A DNA stretch of 64,000 nt, from the NCBI GenBank assembly GCA_958448705.1, contig CAUDEY010000008.1, forward strand, positions 7,323 to 71,322, in the 5' to 3' direction. This DNA comes from an uncultured Clostridia bacterium. GTDB lineage: Bacteria; Bacillota; Clostridia; Christensenellales; QALW01. Position numbers and translations under genes: made by a program. Positions 16,912 through 26,808 of this stretch are shown one piece after another. The stretch's first letter is position 1. Each line of letters starts with the position of its first letter. The notes below the pieces were generated by a model that did not search any database, was not told the DNA's origin, and was given only the letters and a program-made list of their open reading frames with translations.

Positions 16912-17435
16912 ATAGTCAATTAAAACTGTATGTTCCTCAATACCGTGATTTATGGTATCGACAACAATTGCTAAATGATGCTGCTACTATGGACTATAAT
17001 AAGGGATATGATTTGGACTTTAGAGGATATCACAAAGATAGCGGCTGTATTGATTTTCCCCAAGGACAATGGAAAGATTGGTACGATTGGTTTATTGATC
17101 AAGAACCGAAACGATTTTATGCCTATATAACACGGTTGCATGATGGTAAGTTTATCGGTGAGGTTAATGTCCATAAAAGTGATGCTGCACCGTGGCATGA
17201 AATGGGAATCGTTTTAGAGGCTAAATTTCGAGGGCAAGGTTATGCGGTCGAAGCGTTGAAATTACTCCTAGAGTATGCTTTTGTGAACTTAAATGTTGAT
17301 GCTGTCCATAATAGTTTTGAAATGAATCGGGTGGCTGCTATTCGAACACATCTTTCAGCTGGTTTTAAAGAATACAACAAGGAAAACGATAATATCGAAC
17401 TATTAATTACCAGAGAGCAGTATTTCTCCCAATAA
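16905..17435 (+). CDS. GNAT-family N-acetyltransferase
   Basis: 176 aa with the acetyl-CoA motif GIVLEAKFRGQGYAVEALKLLLEYAF. Confidence 0.8.
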   Translation: MLDSQLKLYVPQYRDLWYRQQLLNDAATMDYNKGYDLDFRGYHKDSGCIDFPQGQWKDWYDWFIDQEPKRFYAYITRLHDGKFIGEVNVHKSDAAPWHEMGIVLEAKFRGQGYAVEALKLLLEYAFVNLNVDAVHNSFEMNRVAAIRTHLSAGFKEYNKENDNIELLITREQYFSQ

Positions 17436-17488
17436 CCAATTTCCCAATCCGAAAATGCAAATATATCTTTTTCGTAGTCCCTTGCCGC

Positions 17489-17525
17489 GTCGGAGCAAAG
17501 TCTTCTTTGCTCCGACTTTGTTTTT
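17489..17525 (+). terminator. Rho-independent terminator after GNAT
   Basis: GTCGGAGCAAAG-TCTT-CTTTGCTCCGAC, followed by TTTGTTTTT. Confidence 0.85.
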
Positions 17526-17776
17526 ATTTAATAAGTGTAATATATACTAATCAATTCAATTATACGCCTATGTTTTATCAGAAGGAGATGTAATTGGATT
17601 TTGTATATTATAACGAATTTATATGATATGTGTTTTTAAATTCAGGTCAGATAGCCGTAGATAATACTGTTCTTAAACACCGTTTTTGTAAAAGAGTATT
17701 GATTTTTTTTTTACAATTGTGTTATATTATAAATAGATTTGTATATTGTTCGATATAAAGAAAATAAATTATAAAA

Positions 17777-18494
17777 ATGATTCGATTTAATCTGATTGAT
17801 AGGGAAATAAAAGTGTTTGTATGCTGAATGTTATGAACCTTCCATGTTCAAGCATTGCACTGAGGATTTTGATTCAAACAATCCCATATTATTCAATTTA
17901 GATATTTATTATCTTCGCAGAATACTCAAGAAGGAATTGTTAATTTCGAAAAAAGAATATAAATAATTATAAATCTGTACATATTGATTGGTTCGGAGGA
18001 GAACCTCTTTTAGATAGAAAAACAATAGAGTATATTTCAACATATTTCATTAGTATTTGTGCCAAAGCCATATGAGGAAGTTATTACCACTAATGGATAT
18101 TTATTAACAGAAAATGATATTGTGGATCTTGGAATTGTGTTTGATAAGCTTGGAAAAATAGTTGATAAAATAAAATTCCATGCAAATTTCATTGATCTTA
18201 GTGTGGGCGGAATGCGTTGTTATGCAAATAGTTTTAATCAAGTTATCATAGGGGGGATGGCTTAATTTCGAAGTGTGATGAATCTGTTGTTGAGATTAGT
18301 ATAGATCATTTAACTTCTGAAGGTGAGATGATAATAATAAACATGCGGAATGGTTCTATTCAGCACAATGTAGCGAAGAATATGACGACTGTTTTTATTG
18401 CTGTTGTTGTTTTACCGATCCTTGTCCTAAGGTACAAATAACAAAAGATGTGGAAACATGTTCTGCTGTTTGTGTAAAATCCTATAAAGCGTAG
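17777..18494 (+). pseudogene. Decayed radical-SAM/SPASM peptide-maturase gene
   Basis: The pieces sit in different frames. They are MIRFNLIDREIKVFVC*, ..MNLPCSSIA.. (a degenerate CxxxCxxC), IDWFGGEPLLDRKTIEYI, ITTNGYLLTENDI, GGMRCYANSFNQVIIGG and ..CCCFTDPCP.. (SPASM-like). The total span is far shorter than an intact enzyme. Confidence 0.55.
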
Positions 18495-18735
18495 AGTATA
18501 TAGGAGAAAACGTTGAGGTAGTTGTTAAAGATAGTTGATGGATTAATGATTTAGTAATCAAGCTCACAAATTCCGATTTATAATTATATAGAATCCCATA
18601 GAAATTGATATAAAAAATTGGAGCCACTTTAATTGCAAAGGAAGCGAAAGTGAAACTTGTGCCGAACCCGGAGGTAAGTATTCTACGGGATGTCAAATCC
18701 TCGTGGCTGTGGATGTACAGCTTGCTAATCGCTAA

Positions 18736-18766
18736 CAAGAGGCCTCCTTTTTAAGGAGGCCTCTTG
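18736..18766. repeat. Perfect 14-bp inverted repeat (hairpin, 3-nt loop) with AAGGAGG in its right arm
   Basis: CAAGAGGCCTCCTT-TTT-AAGGAGGCCTCTTG. No canonical U-run follows on either strand. Confidence 0.7.
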
Positions 18767-18797
18767 ACCAAAAATAATTTTGGAGATTTTTAAATAC

Positions 18798-20549
18798 ATG
18801 AGCAGAATAGCTACATTCTTTAAGTATAATATTAATTGTTTTATTTTCTATATAAAGACTATATGGTCAACTTGCAAAAGGGTCTTTTTTCTTACTTTTC
18901 TAGATGGAATTTTAGGTGCGCTTATTTCTTTTATATGGATGTATTTCTTTAAATACCTCCTTGATTATTTAGCTTTGCAAATTTTTAACAAGGCAATACT
19001 ATGGATATTATGTTGTATCTGTCTTAGCGGCATAATTGAATTGTTTAGAAGTTTAATTAACATAGTGGAAAGGAATGCCTATTTTGATATTAATGTATTT
19101 CTTCAATCGAAATTATCAGAATTAAGTTTTAAAATTTCTTATGAAAAAATGGAAGATTCTGAAACTATTCAGCAGTTTGAAATGGCACATAAGTGCATCA
19201 ATCGTAATTATATGGAAAAATATACTTTGGGGTTAGCAAATATTGTTTCATGTATTCTTGTATTTGCCGGAGTGGGAATTATAACTTCATCATTAAATTT
19301 ATGGATAACGTTGATTCTATTTATCGTTATTACAGTAAATGCTGTGTGTCATTTCATTCAATCTCAATATGAAGTAGCGCAATTTACCGAAGAAACTACG
19401 GTTAGTAGACAACTTGAATATACAAGATTTTGGCTTACAGAAAGAAGTCGAGCGAAGGAAGTGCGGACTTATTTATTGCATGATTTTGTAGTGGGTAAAC
19501 TTAAAGAATACAATGAAATGTTTTTTCGTGTGCTTCAAAGCTTTACAAAAAAGCAAAAAAAGACTTATATTGCGGTACATTTAATCAATGGTATACAAAT
19601 GATAATACTATATTTATATTGTGCTTATTTATTGTCACAAGGTATTATAACTGCAGGTGATTTTATGCTTAATATTTCCGCATTATTATCCTTTGGAGCT
19701 GCGCTTACTAACATACTGAAATCACTAATTGATGTATACAAAAATAATATGTATATTGATAAATTGAAAAATTGTATGGAATTTAATGTTGATGCGTATG
19801 ATAAGGTTTTTTTGAACAAAGAAATAGATACAATAGAATTTCGGAACGTTTCTTTTCGGTATCCAGGAGAAAGTAGAAATGCTTTAGATAATATTAATTT
19901 TATCATGTATGGAAATGAAAAGCTTTCTTTGATTGGTGAGAACGGCGCAGGAAAAAGCACATTGGTTAAATTACTTTCTGGACTATATACACCTACTAGT
20001 GGCGAAATATTGATTAATGGAATACCGATTGATTCTCGGCGGAAGAATTATTTATCTTTGTTTAGTATGGTGTTCCAAGACTATACAATTTTTAATTTTT
20101 CAGTGGAAGAGAATATTAGTATGGGAAAGAATGGGCAGAAGCAAAAAATGCGTGAACTTCTTAACAAAATGGGACTTCGTGATGTTGAACCCGAAGCATA
20201 TATCTCACAAATTTTTAGTGATAAAGGAATAGAATTATCGGGAGGAGAGAATCAAAAACTTGCAATTATTAGAGCTCTTTTTAAAGATGCTCCCATTTTG
20301 ATATTAGATGAGCCAACCTCTGCTTTATCCCCTCAAAGCGAATATGACATATATAAAATGTTCAGTGAATTAACAACAAATAAAACGGTGCTTTTCATAT
20401 CACATCGATTATCAAGCTGTCGTATTTGCGATAGAATACTATTATTACAAGATGGAAAAGTTGAAGCTATGGGTTCGCATAATGAACTTATGGAATCTTC
20501 CTCCAAATATAGAGAAATGTTTAATGCACAGGCCGAATTATATGCGTAG
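18798..20549 (+). CDS. ABC exporter, fused permease/ATPase (half-transporter 1)
   Basis: The N-terminal part is hydrophobic (a TMD). Walker A is GENGAGKST, the signature is LSGGENQKLAIIRAL, and Walker B is ILILDEPT. The ATG at 18798 follows GGAGA. Confidence 0.9.
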   Translation: MSRIATFFKYNINCFIFYIKTIWSTCKRVFFLTFLDGILGALISFIWMYFFKYLLDYLALQIFNKAILWILCCICLSGIIELFRSLINIVERNAYFDINVFLQSKLSELSFKISYEKMEDSETIQQFEMAHKCINRNYMEKYTLGLANIVSCILVFAGVGIITSSLNLWITLILFIVITVNAVCHFIQSQYEVAQFTEETTVSRQLEYTRFWLTERSRAKEVRTYLLHDFVVGKLKEYNEMFFRVLQSFTKKQKKTYIAVHLINGIQMIILYLYCAYLLSQGIITAGDFMLNISALLSFGAALTNILKSLIDVYKNNMYIDKLKNCMEFNVDAYDKVFLNKEIDTIEFRNVSFRYPGESRNALDNINFIMYGNEKLSLIGENGAGKSTLVKLLSGLYTPTSGEILINGIPIDSRRKNYLSLFSMVFQDYTIFNFSVEENISMGKNGQKQKMRELLNKMGLRDVEPEAYISQIFSDKGIELSGGENQKLAIIRALFKDAPILILDEPTSALSPQSEYDIYKMFSELTTNKTVLFISHRLSSCRICDRILLLQDGKVEAMGSHNELMESSSKYREMFNAQAELYA

Positions 20550-20586
20550 TAATTGTTATAAATTGTAAATAATTGGAGGGTACAAT

Positions 20587-22362
20587 TTGAAGTTTATTAA
20601 TTACATTATTGATACATTTCATAGCTCGTATACGCTATCAAAAATGTTTATTAAAGATAATAAAAAACTCTTACTGATGGATATATTGCTTGGATTCAGC
20701 CGTGAATGCAATAAAATAATTGGTATTATTCTACCTACCATTATTATTCAAACAGCATTTTTAGGAGAAAAATTTAATGTAACTTTAGCAGCCATATTTC
20801 TTTGTTGTATTTTACTTATGATTTTAGGAATTATAATAGAAGCAATTCAGCGTAATTTATCTGATCATTCGATTCGTGCTACTAACAGCTTATACTATAT
20901 ATTAAATGGGAAATCCGCACATTTAGACTTAAAAGATTGCGAAGATGAACATATAATTGATGACTATTATAAAGCCTTTGATAACATCTACCAATTTTCT
21001 GACGTTCATTACAATATATTTTGCATTTTGATTGGTAAATTATTTTCATTCTCAATTATGAGTTATATACTTATTTCTATTAATTTTTGGCTTTATTTCG
21101 TTGTGCTTTGCATCCATATATTTAAAATGTTTATTAGAACAAAACAAGATGAAATCGATCATGAATTTGATTTGAAAAAATCAGAAAGTTCTAAACGATT
21201 AAAATATTTACAGGAATTAATGTACAACTTTGAAGCTGGACGGGAAATGAGAATTTATGATGCCGGAGAATTGGTTAGCAAAAAGCTTCTTGATGAAACA
21301 AATAAAGTACATCAAATAGATCTCCAAATGCAAAAAATAGATTTTAGATTTCAAATTTTACATAAGGTGCCCGATATTATTCAATTATTACTTATATATA
21401 CAATTTCAATAAAAGAATATGCAGTAGGTAAAATTGCATTAGGAAATTTTGTAATGTATATGAATGCTACAACGATTATGGCGGCATCTATCTCAGCAAT
21501 AACAAATGCTATCAGTTTTTTACATAAAACATCAATTGCTTTTAAAGACTTTGAGAGTTTTTTAAAAACCAAAGAATCGTTGAGAGATTCTGGTAGTTTG
21601 AGAAATTTATCTCATAAGGGCGATGTACTATTTGAATTCAGAAATGTTTCCTTTAAATATCCTAATAAGGAAGAATATGCACTTGAAAATATAAGTTTTA
21701 AAATATGGAAAGGCGATTCCATTTCTATTGTAGGTAATAACGGTGCTGGAAAATCCACATTAGTTAAACTATTATTAAGATTGTATGATCCCACAGAGGG
21801 GTGTATTTTATACAATGGTGTTGACATAAGAAACTATGATTATGATATGTATCAATCCATTTTGGCTCCAGTGTTTCAAGATTATATTATGTATGCATAT
21901 ACTTTGCGTGAAAATTTAATTTTTAATCATAGAGAACACGAACAATATATTATTGACTCGTTATTAAAAACAGGTATGAATGAGAAAATTCAAAGTATCG
22001 GATTGGACAGAAATTACAGCAGAAGGTTTTTCAAAGATGGGATAGAGTTGTCTGGAGGAGAGGAACAAAGAATTGCAATTGCACGTGCACTTTGCAAAAA
22101 TACGGAAATCCTTATTTTAGATGAGCCAACAGCAGCAATAGATCCTCTTGCAGAAAGCAAATTATTTAAAGAAATATTTCAAGCAACAAAAGGAAAAACT
22201 GTTATTTATATTTCACATAGGATGTCCAGCACACGTTTTTCAAATAATATCTTAGTTTTAAAAGACGCCAAATTAGTTGAAAACGGGCCTCATGAAGAGT
22301 TATTAAAACGTAAGGGTATTTATTCGAAAATGTTTCAGCAGCAAGCCAATTTTTATTTATAG
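20587..22362 (+). CDS. ABC exporter, fused permease/ATPase (half-transporter 2)
   Basis: Walker A is GNNGAGKST, the signature is LSGGEEQRIAIARAL, and Walker B is ILILDEPT. TTG start behind GGAGGG. Confidence 0.9.
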   Translation: MKFINYIIDTFHSSYTLSKMFIKDNKKLLLMDILLGFSRECNKIIGIILPTIIIQTAFLGEKFNVTLAAIFLCCILLMILGIIIEAIQRNLSDHSIRATNSLYYILNGKSAHLDLKDCEDEHIIDDYYKAFDNIYQFSDVHYNIFCILIGKLFSFSIMSYILISINFWLYFVVLCIHIFKMFIRTKQDEIDHEFDLKKSESSKRLKYLQELMYNFEAGREMRIYDAGELVSKKLLDETNKVHQIDLQMQKIDFRFQILHKVPDIIQLLLIYTISIKEYAVGKIALGNFVMYMNATTIMAASISAITNAISFLHKTSIAFKDFESFLKTKESLRDSGSLRNLSHKGDVLFEFRNVSFKYPNKEEYALENISFKIWKGDSISIVGNNGAGKSTLVKLLLRLYDPTEGCILYNGVDIRNYDYDMYQSILAPVFQDYIMYAYTLRENLIFNHREHEQYIIDSLLKTGMNEKIQSIGLDRNYSRRFFKDGIELSGGEEQRIAIARALCKNTEILILDEPTAAIDPLAESKLFKEIFQATKGKTVIYISHRMSSTRFSNNILVLKDAKLVENGPHEELLKRKGIYSKMFQQQANFYL

Positions 22363-22399
22363 CAAGTATAACAAACTATGGAGATAGAAAGATTGAATC

Positions 22400-22723
22400 A
22401 TGAAATACGATGTGTATGCTGCGGAAAGTGATGTAGATATTTTTGTAAAAGACCTCTATATAGACGTTAATCCTAAAAACTATGACCCGCAAAACAACGT
22501 AACGGTTGAGGTTGTTGCTAAAAAAGATATCAAGACGAAGATTTCGCTTTTCTGCGCTCAAAGCAGTGATAATTTAGCTTATGGAGAGCAAAAAGAACTT
22601 ACCTTGAAAGCAGGAATAAAGCAGACGCTTACATTGGAATTTAGCGGATGGACTCGATTTTCCTTTACCCTTGAAATTCGAGCAGAAAATACGAAAGTAA
22701 GTATTTTTATTGATCCTACATAA
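22400..22723 (+). CDS. Hypothetical beta-rich protein (107 aa)
   Basis: ORF with a GGAGA RBS directly after the ABC pair. No motif. Confidence 0.5.
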   Translation: MKYDVYAAESDVDIFVKDLYIDVNPKNYDPQNNVTVEVVAKKDIKTKISLFCAQSSDNLAYGEQKELTLKAGIKQTLTLEFSGWTRFSFTLEIRAENTKVSIFIDPT

Positions 22724-22821
22724 TAGGAGAAGCCGTGCACCTGGGGGAATGGCCATGATGAAAAAAGCCGGCCATTGGCAGGCAAGGGTGGGCCTGTTAG
22801 GTTGGGTTTTTGCAATTTTAT

Positions 22822-22865
22822 AAAAAAAGCAGTTTTGCCGGATTTTTGGTAAAACTGCTTTTTTT
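22822..22865. terminator. Bidirectional terminator between convergent genes
   Basis: AAAAAAAGCAGTTTT pairs with AAAACTGCTTTTTTT, giving A- and T-runs on both sides. Confidence 0.8.
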
Positions 22866-22867
22866 AG

Positions 22868-23053
22868 TTATTCTTTAGGAAGTTCGATAACGCCATGTAC
22901 TGTTTCAAAATCTTCGATGTGCTTTTTGATGAGCTGTTCGATTTCTTTATTTTTTGTTCGGCCTTCATATTCTGCAATATAGGCAATTTTACTCAGGAGA
23001 GTTTGTGAAATTCTCAAGGTAAAACGTGGCAGACTGTCCTTCAATTGACTCAC
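22868..23053 (-). CDS. Ribbon-helix-helix (Arc/CopG-like) DNA-binding protein
   Basis: 61 aa. RFTLRISQTLLSKIAYIAEYEGRTKNKEIEQLIKKHIEDFE is the typical Arc-type beta-alpha-alpha pattern. Confidence 0.65.
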   Translation of the reverse strand: MSQLKDSLPRFTLRISQTLLSKIAYIAEYEGRTKNKEIEQLIKKHIEDFETVHGVIELPKE

Positions 23054-23306
23054 CCCTGACTTATTATTGACTCAATTATATCGTCGTATTATAATTATGT
23101 GTAAAAAAGACTAAATTTGGACGTAGCCGTGACGCAATTATTTTTTTTTGAAAAAGAAGCGGTCAGCAATTGTTTTCTTTCGCAGGTGAATAATAGAAAG
23201 AATTGTAAATAATTGCTGAATTTTGACGAAAAACGACATAAAAATTGAAAAAAGTCAGCTTTTCATTATAAAAACATGAAAATATTAAAAAATTAAATAT
23301 TTAAAC

Positions 23307-23334
23307 TTGACAATATTAAACAAATGGATATACT
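23307..23334 (+). promoter_or_regulatory. Sigma-70-type promoter
   Basis: TTGACA, a 16-nt spacer, then TATACT. TAGGAGG RBS precedes the ATG at 23373. Confidence 0.5.
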
Positions 23335-23372
23335 ATAGGTGATAAAAATGAGTATTTAGGAGGACATAGAAT

Positions 23373-23771
23373 ATGAGGAAATTTCGTTCGAATGCAGAGG
23401 AAATAAAATTCTATACCAGAGAATTGCTTGATGAAGGAGAGGAAAAGACCATTCAGGAGATCATAGCTTATGTAAAGAAGCGGTCCGGCAAAGAATTTAG
23501 CAGCGGTATGTTCAGTGGCGCGGTCAATGATTTGATTGACAGAGAGAAAGAATATTGCCGTGTTGGCAGAGGAATGTATGCTAAGCGCTCCGTGGCGGAA
23601 GAAACGGAAGATGTATTTGACAGTATCCTTAAAAATGCGATTCAAGAAGTCGAACAGGCACGGCATGTAGATATCCAGGGATTAACCCCGGGACGTTTGA
23701 ATAGGCTGCAGAGGAAATATCAGAAAATTCTGTCTGGCTTACAGGCATTGCTTGAGGCGGAGGAGAAATAA
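23373..23771 (+). CDS. Hypothetical protein, possible N-terminal winged-helix
   Basis: 132 aa. TIQEIIAYVKKRSGKEFSSGMFSGAVNDLI..RVGRGMYAK resembles Mrr_N/HARE-type wHTH. This is a weak call. Confidence 0.45.
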   Translation: MRKFRSNAEEIKFYTRELLDEGEEKTIQEIIAYVKKRSGKEFSSGMFSGAVNDLIDREKEYCRVGRGMYAKRSVAEETEDVFDSILKNAIQEVEQARHVDIQGLTPGRLNRLQRKYQKILSGLQALLEAEEK

Positions 23772-24299
23772 GAGGGTTTTTGTGTGAGCAGGACAAACAC
23801 CGTTGCAAATATCGACATTTTTTTTATAAAGGGAAATTGGGTGACTTGCAATATATACATTGTTCCTTTGAAAAAAAGCAGCTTTTTTAAGTTAAAAGAC
23901 AGGAAAAAAAGGGTTTGAAACAAGTGAAAAGGAAGCACAAAATTGGCATAAAAGGACAGATTTGTTCTGCGTTCCCTAAAGGAACGACATATAATATACA
24001 TTTTAAAATGATAATTTTAAGGTAATTTATAAATATTAAAAAAATAAAATAATTATTTGCTTATATTCTGGTAAAATGTGATAAAAATCTACAAAACTTA
24101 TGAATAAACTGATAAAAATATCAAAGATGTATGTTTTTTCGGAAAAAAATATGTCGATTTTACAAAAAATTTTTTATAAATTTGTCCCCTAACGGTATCG
24201 TTTTGTTGTGTATATGGTGGAAGGGAGCGAATGGGAAAAAATTTCTTGTTAAAATGACTGTTTAATGTTAATATATCTGGGCAGGAGATTTAAAGTCAT

Positions 24300-24854
24300 A
24301 TGTTAGTAGTTTATTTAAGTACAATAGGTGAAAACAAACCAAAAGGAGATAAGTTCGTATGGATATACGAAAATTACCGGGGCCATATGATGAAAGCGGC
24401 ATATATGGTATGCAAGGACATGTATATTTCAGAAGATGCCGTGCATGAAACTTTTATGAGGATTATCAAGTACATGGACAGGATCGATGAAAATGATTAT
24501 GAAGGGAATTTAGGTTTCCTGAGTATCATAACGAAGAATATCACCAGAAATCTTTGCAGGAAAAACAAACGCATGGAAAGCTGGGACGTTGACGATATGG
24601 ATCTGGTTGATGTTGGATGCAATGTAGAGGCTGAAGTTATAGAAAAAGAGATGGACCGCGAAATGCTGGAAATATTGCGGAAGCTGCCGAAAAAAGCGTT
24701 TGATGTAATATGGCAGTATTATGTGAAGCATTTTAATACAACAGAAATTGCAGAGATGCTGGATATGAAGGTAGATAGTATTAAGAAAAGACTGATAAGA
24801 GGAAGACAAGAATTGTATTTTTATTTAAGAGGGATGAATGATGAAAAGAAATAA
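24300..24854 (+). CDS. ECF-type RNA polymerase sigma factor
   Basis: Region 2 is ..AYMVCKDMYISEDAVHETFMRIIKY.. Region 4 is LPKKAFDVIWQYYVKHFNTTEIAEMLDMKVDSIKKRLIRGRQEL. Confidence 0.85.
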   Translation: MLVVYLSTIGENKPKGDKFVWIYENYRGHMMKAAYMVCKDMYISEDAVHETFMRIIKYMDRIDENDYEGNLGFLSIITKNITRNLCRKNKRMESWDVDDMDLVDVGCNVEAEVIEKEMDREMLEILRKLPKKAFDVIWQYYVKHFNTTEIAEMLDMKVDSIKKRLIRGRQELYFYLRGMNDEKK

Positions 24855-25572
24855 GAGATATGATGCGGAGATTACCAGAGTGCTCCGGAATAATATCGCT
24901 GTGTTTTGGGATACATCTCAAAAGGAGGAAACTCTTTTGCAAGAGTTTGCACCCAGTGAAAATTTCTTTTATCGGATGCAGTTGGTGATTGATCAGCTTC
25001 AGCGAAATGGCCGATATCGCTATTATACGCCTTCGCAGGCTGTGGCGAGGCGGGCAGCAATTATTATTATCAGTACGGCGCTTGTATTGGGTACGGTCTC
25101 CTTCTCTGTAAAAGCAATTCGGGAACCGATTATTAAGTTCTTTAAAGAAACGTTTGATAGGTTTACGGAGTTTAGCTGGATAAAAGAGGGAGCAGATGTA
25201 AGTATTAGTGATTATAATATTGATGAAATACATTTTGCACCTACATATGTTCCTAAAGGTTATATTATAGAAGAGAAAAATGTTGGATATGGACGATGCA
25301 ATATAGTGTATCAGAATAGCGAAGGAGATAAAATATGGTATCGACATATGGCTATGGGAATGACTAATATGAGGCTTGATACCGAAAATACTGAGGTGCA
25401 TGAAATCGCGGTAAACGGTGAAAAGGCTATTTGGTTTAAAAATAAAGGCTATACGAATCTTTTTGTTTATAATACAAAGGGATGTTATCATATCTATTGG
25501 AAAGGTTCTTTGGAAGATTTAATTCAGATGGCGGAATCCTTAGAGCCGGTTGAAGAAAGTAGCATAAAATGA
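24838..25572 (+). CDS. Membrane anti-sigma-like protein with DUF4367-type C-terminal domain
   Basis: The gene overlaps the sigma stop. It has a single TM (AAIIIISTALVLGTVSF). The extracytoplasmic domain PTYVPKGYIIEEKN...VNGEKAIWF... is typical of Clostridial DUF4367 partners. Confidence 0.65.
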   Translation: MMKRNKRYDAEITRVLRNNIAVFWDTSQKEETLLQEFAPSENFFYRMQLVIDQLQRNGRYRYYTPSQAVARRAAIIIISTALVLGTVSFSVKAIREPIIKFFKETFDRFTEFSWIKEGADVSISDYNIDEIHFAPTYVPKGYIIEEKNVGYGRCNIVYQNSEGDKIWYRHMAMGMTNMRLDTENTEVHEIAVNGEKAIWFKNKGYTNLFVYNTKGCYHIYWKGSLEDLIQMAESLEPVEESSIK

Positions 25573-25680
25573 GGAAAGAAAAAATTTTTTGATTTTTTTT
25601 GTCCCCAAAAGGGAAGCTCGTTTTGTGTATATTATGTGACGGGTGGCAGTCACGATCATAAGAGAAAGGAGGAATTAAAA

Positions 25681-26139
25681 ATGAAGAAACTATTGAAAGC
25701 AATGATTACTTTTGCGCTGCTGCTGTGTATTCTTTCTACAGGAGTTTTTGCTGAAGAAAACAGTTCGAGTTCTGCGGAAGGAATTTCCTTCAGCCGGACC
25801 TATTCTGATGACGGGATCATGCCGTTATATTTGTATATAGCAGACTTTAGTTGTGGCGCTACTATAGAAAATGGGAATGTAGTTTGTATTGCATCAGTAG
25901 ATGGCTATGAAGGGATTACCACTCAGATCCGTATAGAGATGAGACTTCAGAAAAGAGGATTTTTAGGTATCTATAGTGATGTCGTCACCTGGAGCGACGG
26001 CTTTGACGCCGCTTCGGGAGAAATGGTTAGAACATATCCTTATGAAAGCGGAGCTAAATATAAATTGTATGTGTATATTGAAGTATACCATGGCTCTGAT
26101 TATGAGAGTGATTCTTTTACAAGCGATCCATTCCCGTAA
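25681..26139 (+). CDS. Secreted hypothetical protein
   Basis: The ATG follows AAAGGAGG. The signal peptide is MKKLLKAMITFALLLCILSTGVFAEE. Confidence 0.6.
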   Translation: MKKLLKAMITFALLLCILSTGVFAEENSSSSAEGISFSRTYSDDGIMPLYLYIADFSCGATIENGNVVCIASVDGYEGITTQIRIEMRLQKRGFLGIYSDVVTWSDGFDAASGEMVRTYPYESGAKYKLYVYIEVYHGSDYESDSFTSDPFP

Positions 26140-26544
26140 TGAATTTAACAAGCCTGGAACCGGAGGCTAAGAACAATGACCGGAAAGTAGAATGATGTAG
26201 TTTTATTCAATGTGAATCTGCGGAGTATTTCTGTTATATTGACCCTGCTGTCAATAAAAGGCACAGAACCACCAGTATATGCGGAAAGAATGCCATTTGG
26301 AAAATTGGGTTTTGTTAACGTTTTGCGTTATGTCACCGTAAGGCAAAACATTTATCAGTACTTGATTTGAGTATGAAAACAAAAGAAGGCGAAAAATCTA
26401 ACCATTATTTTACATAAGATAATATATAGATTTTGTCATGATTTGGTTTTAGAGCTTACTTAATAATGGAGATTTAAAATTCGGAAATTGTCTCAAAAAA
26501 TAAAAGAGAAGGAGATATTTATTCTTTCGGTTATAGAATAAATA

Positions 26545-26808
26545 TTGTGCAAGATTATGAGGTATGTTTATGAGGTGAATAAAGAAAAAAATTCACACAT
26601 AGATATTGGCACATATAACTCTTATGGTATTAATGTGTATGTTCATGTAAATGATAGCAATATGTTTTTGATGAATGTACCGGATTTGTTTCTTGATGAG
26701 CATAAAGCACTGGAGTTTGCTGATTTGTGTAACGAACAACAGTTAGAATTGGTTCACTTAAGTGATGTGATTGAAGACATTCTCTCCGACCGTGAGATGC
26801 TTGCATAG
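26545..26808 (+). CDS. Hypothetical protein
   Basis: ORF only. The start is uncertain (TTG 26545 or ATG 26557) and there is no good RBS. Confidence 0.35.
   Translation: MCKIMRYVYEVNKEKNSHIDIGTYNSYGINVYVHVNDSNMFLMNVPDLFLDEHKALEFADLCNEQQLELVHLSDVIEDILSDREMLA

Noticed and set aside
18592-18735. Cys-containing frame ..NWSHFNCKGSESETCAEPGGKYSTGCQILVAVDVQLANR* as the missing RiPP precursor
   Set aside because: The frame has no ATG, GTG or TTG start between the upstream stop (18589-18591) and the Cys-rich part, and it has no RBS. It may be a relic, but it cannot be supported as a gene.
24781-25491. Long antisense ORFs inside well-supported genes (24781..25491, 27167..27811, 29311..29829, 34171..35130, 41811..42332, 61713..62567 and similar)
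   Set aside because: Each lies opposite a gene with clear family motifs, has no RBS, and has the skewed composition typical of shadow ORFs.
26784-26791. CTCCGACC near the right compositional boundary as a second att core
   Set aside because: Only an 8-nt exact match (about 14 of 21 when extended) to the tRNA fragment, lying inside an ORF. A match of that length is expected by chance in 64 kb.
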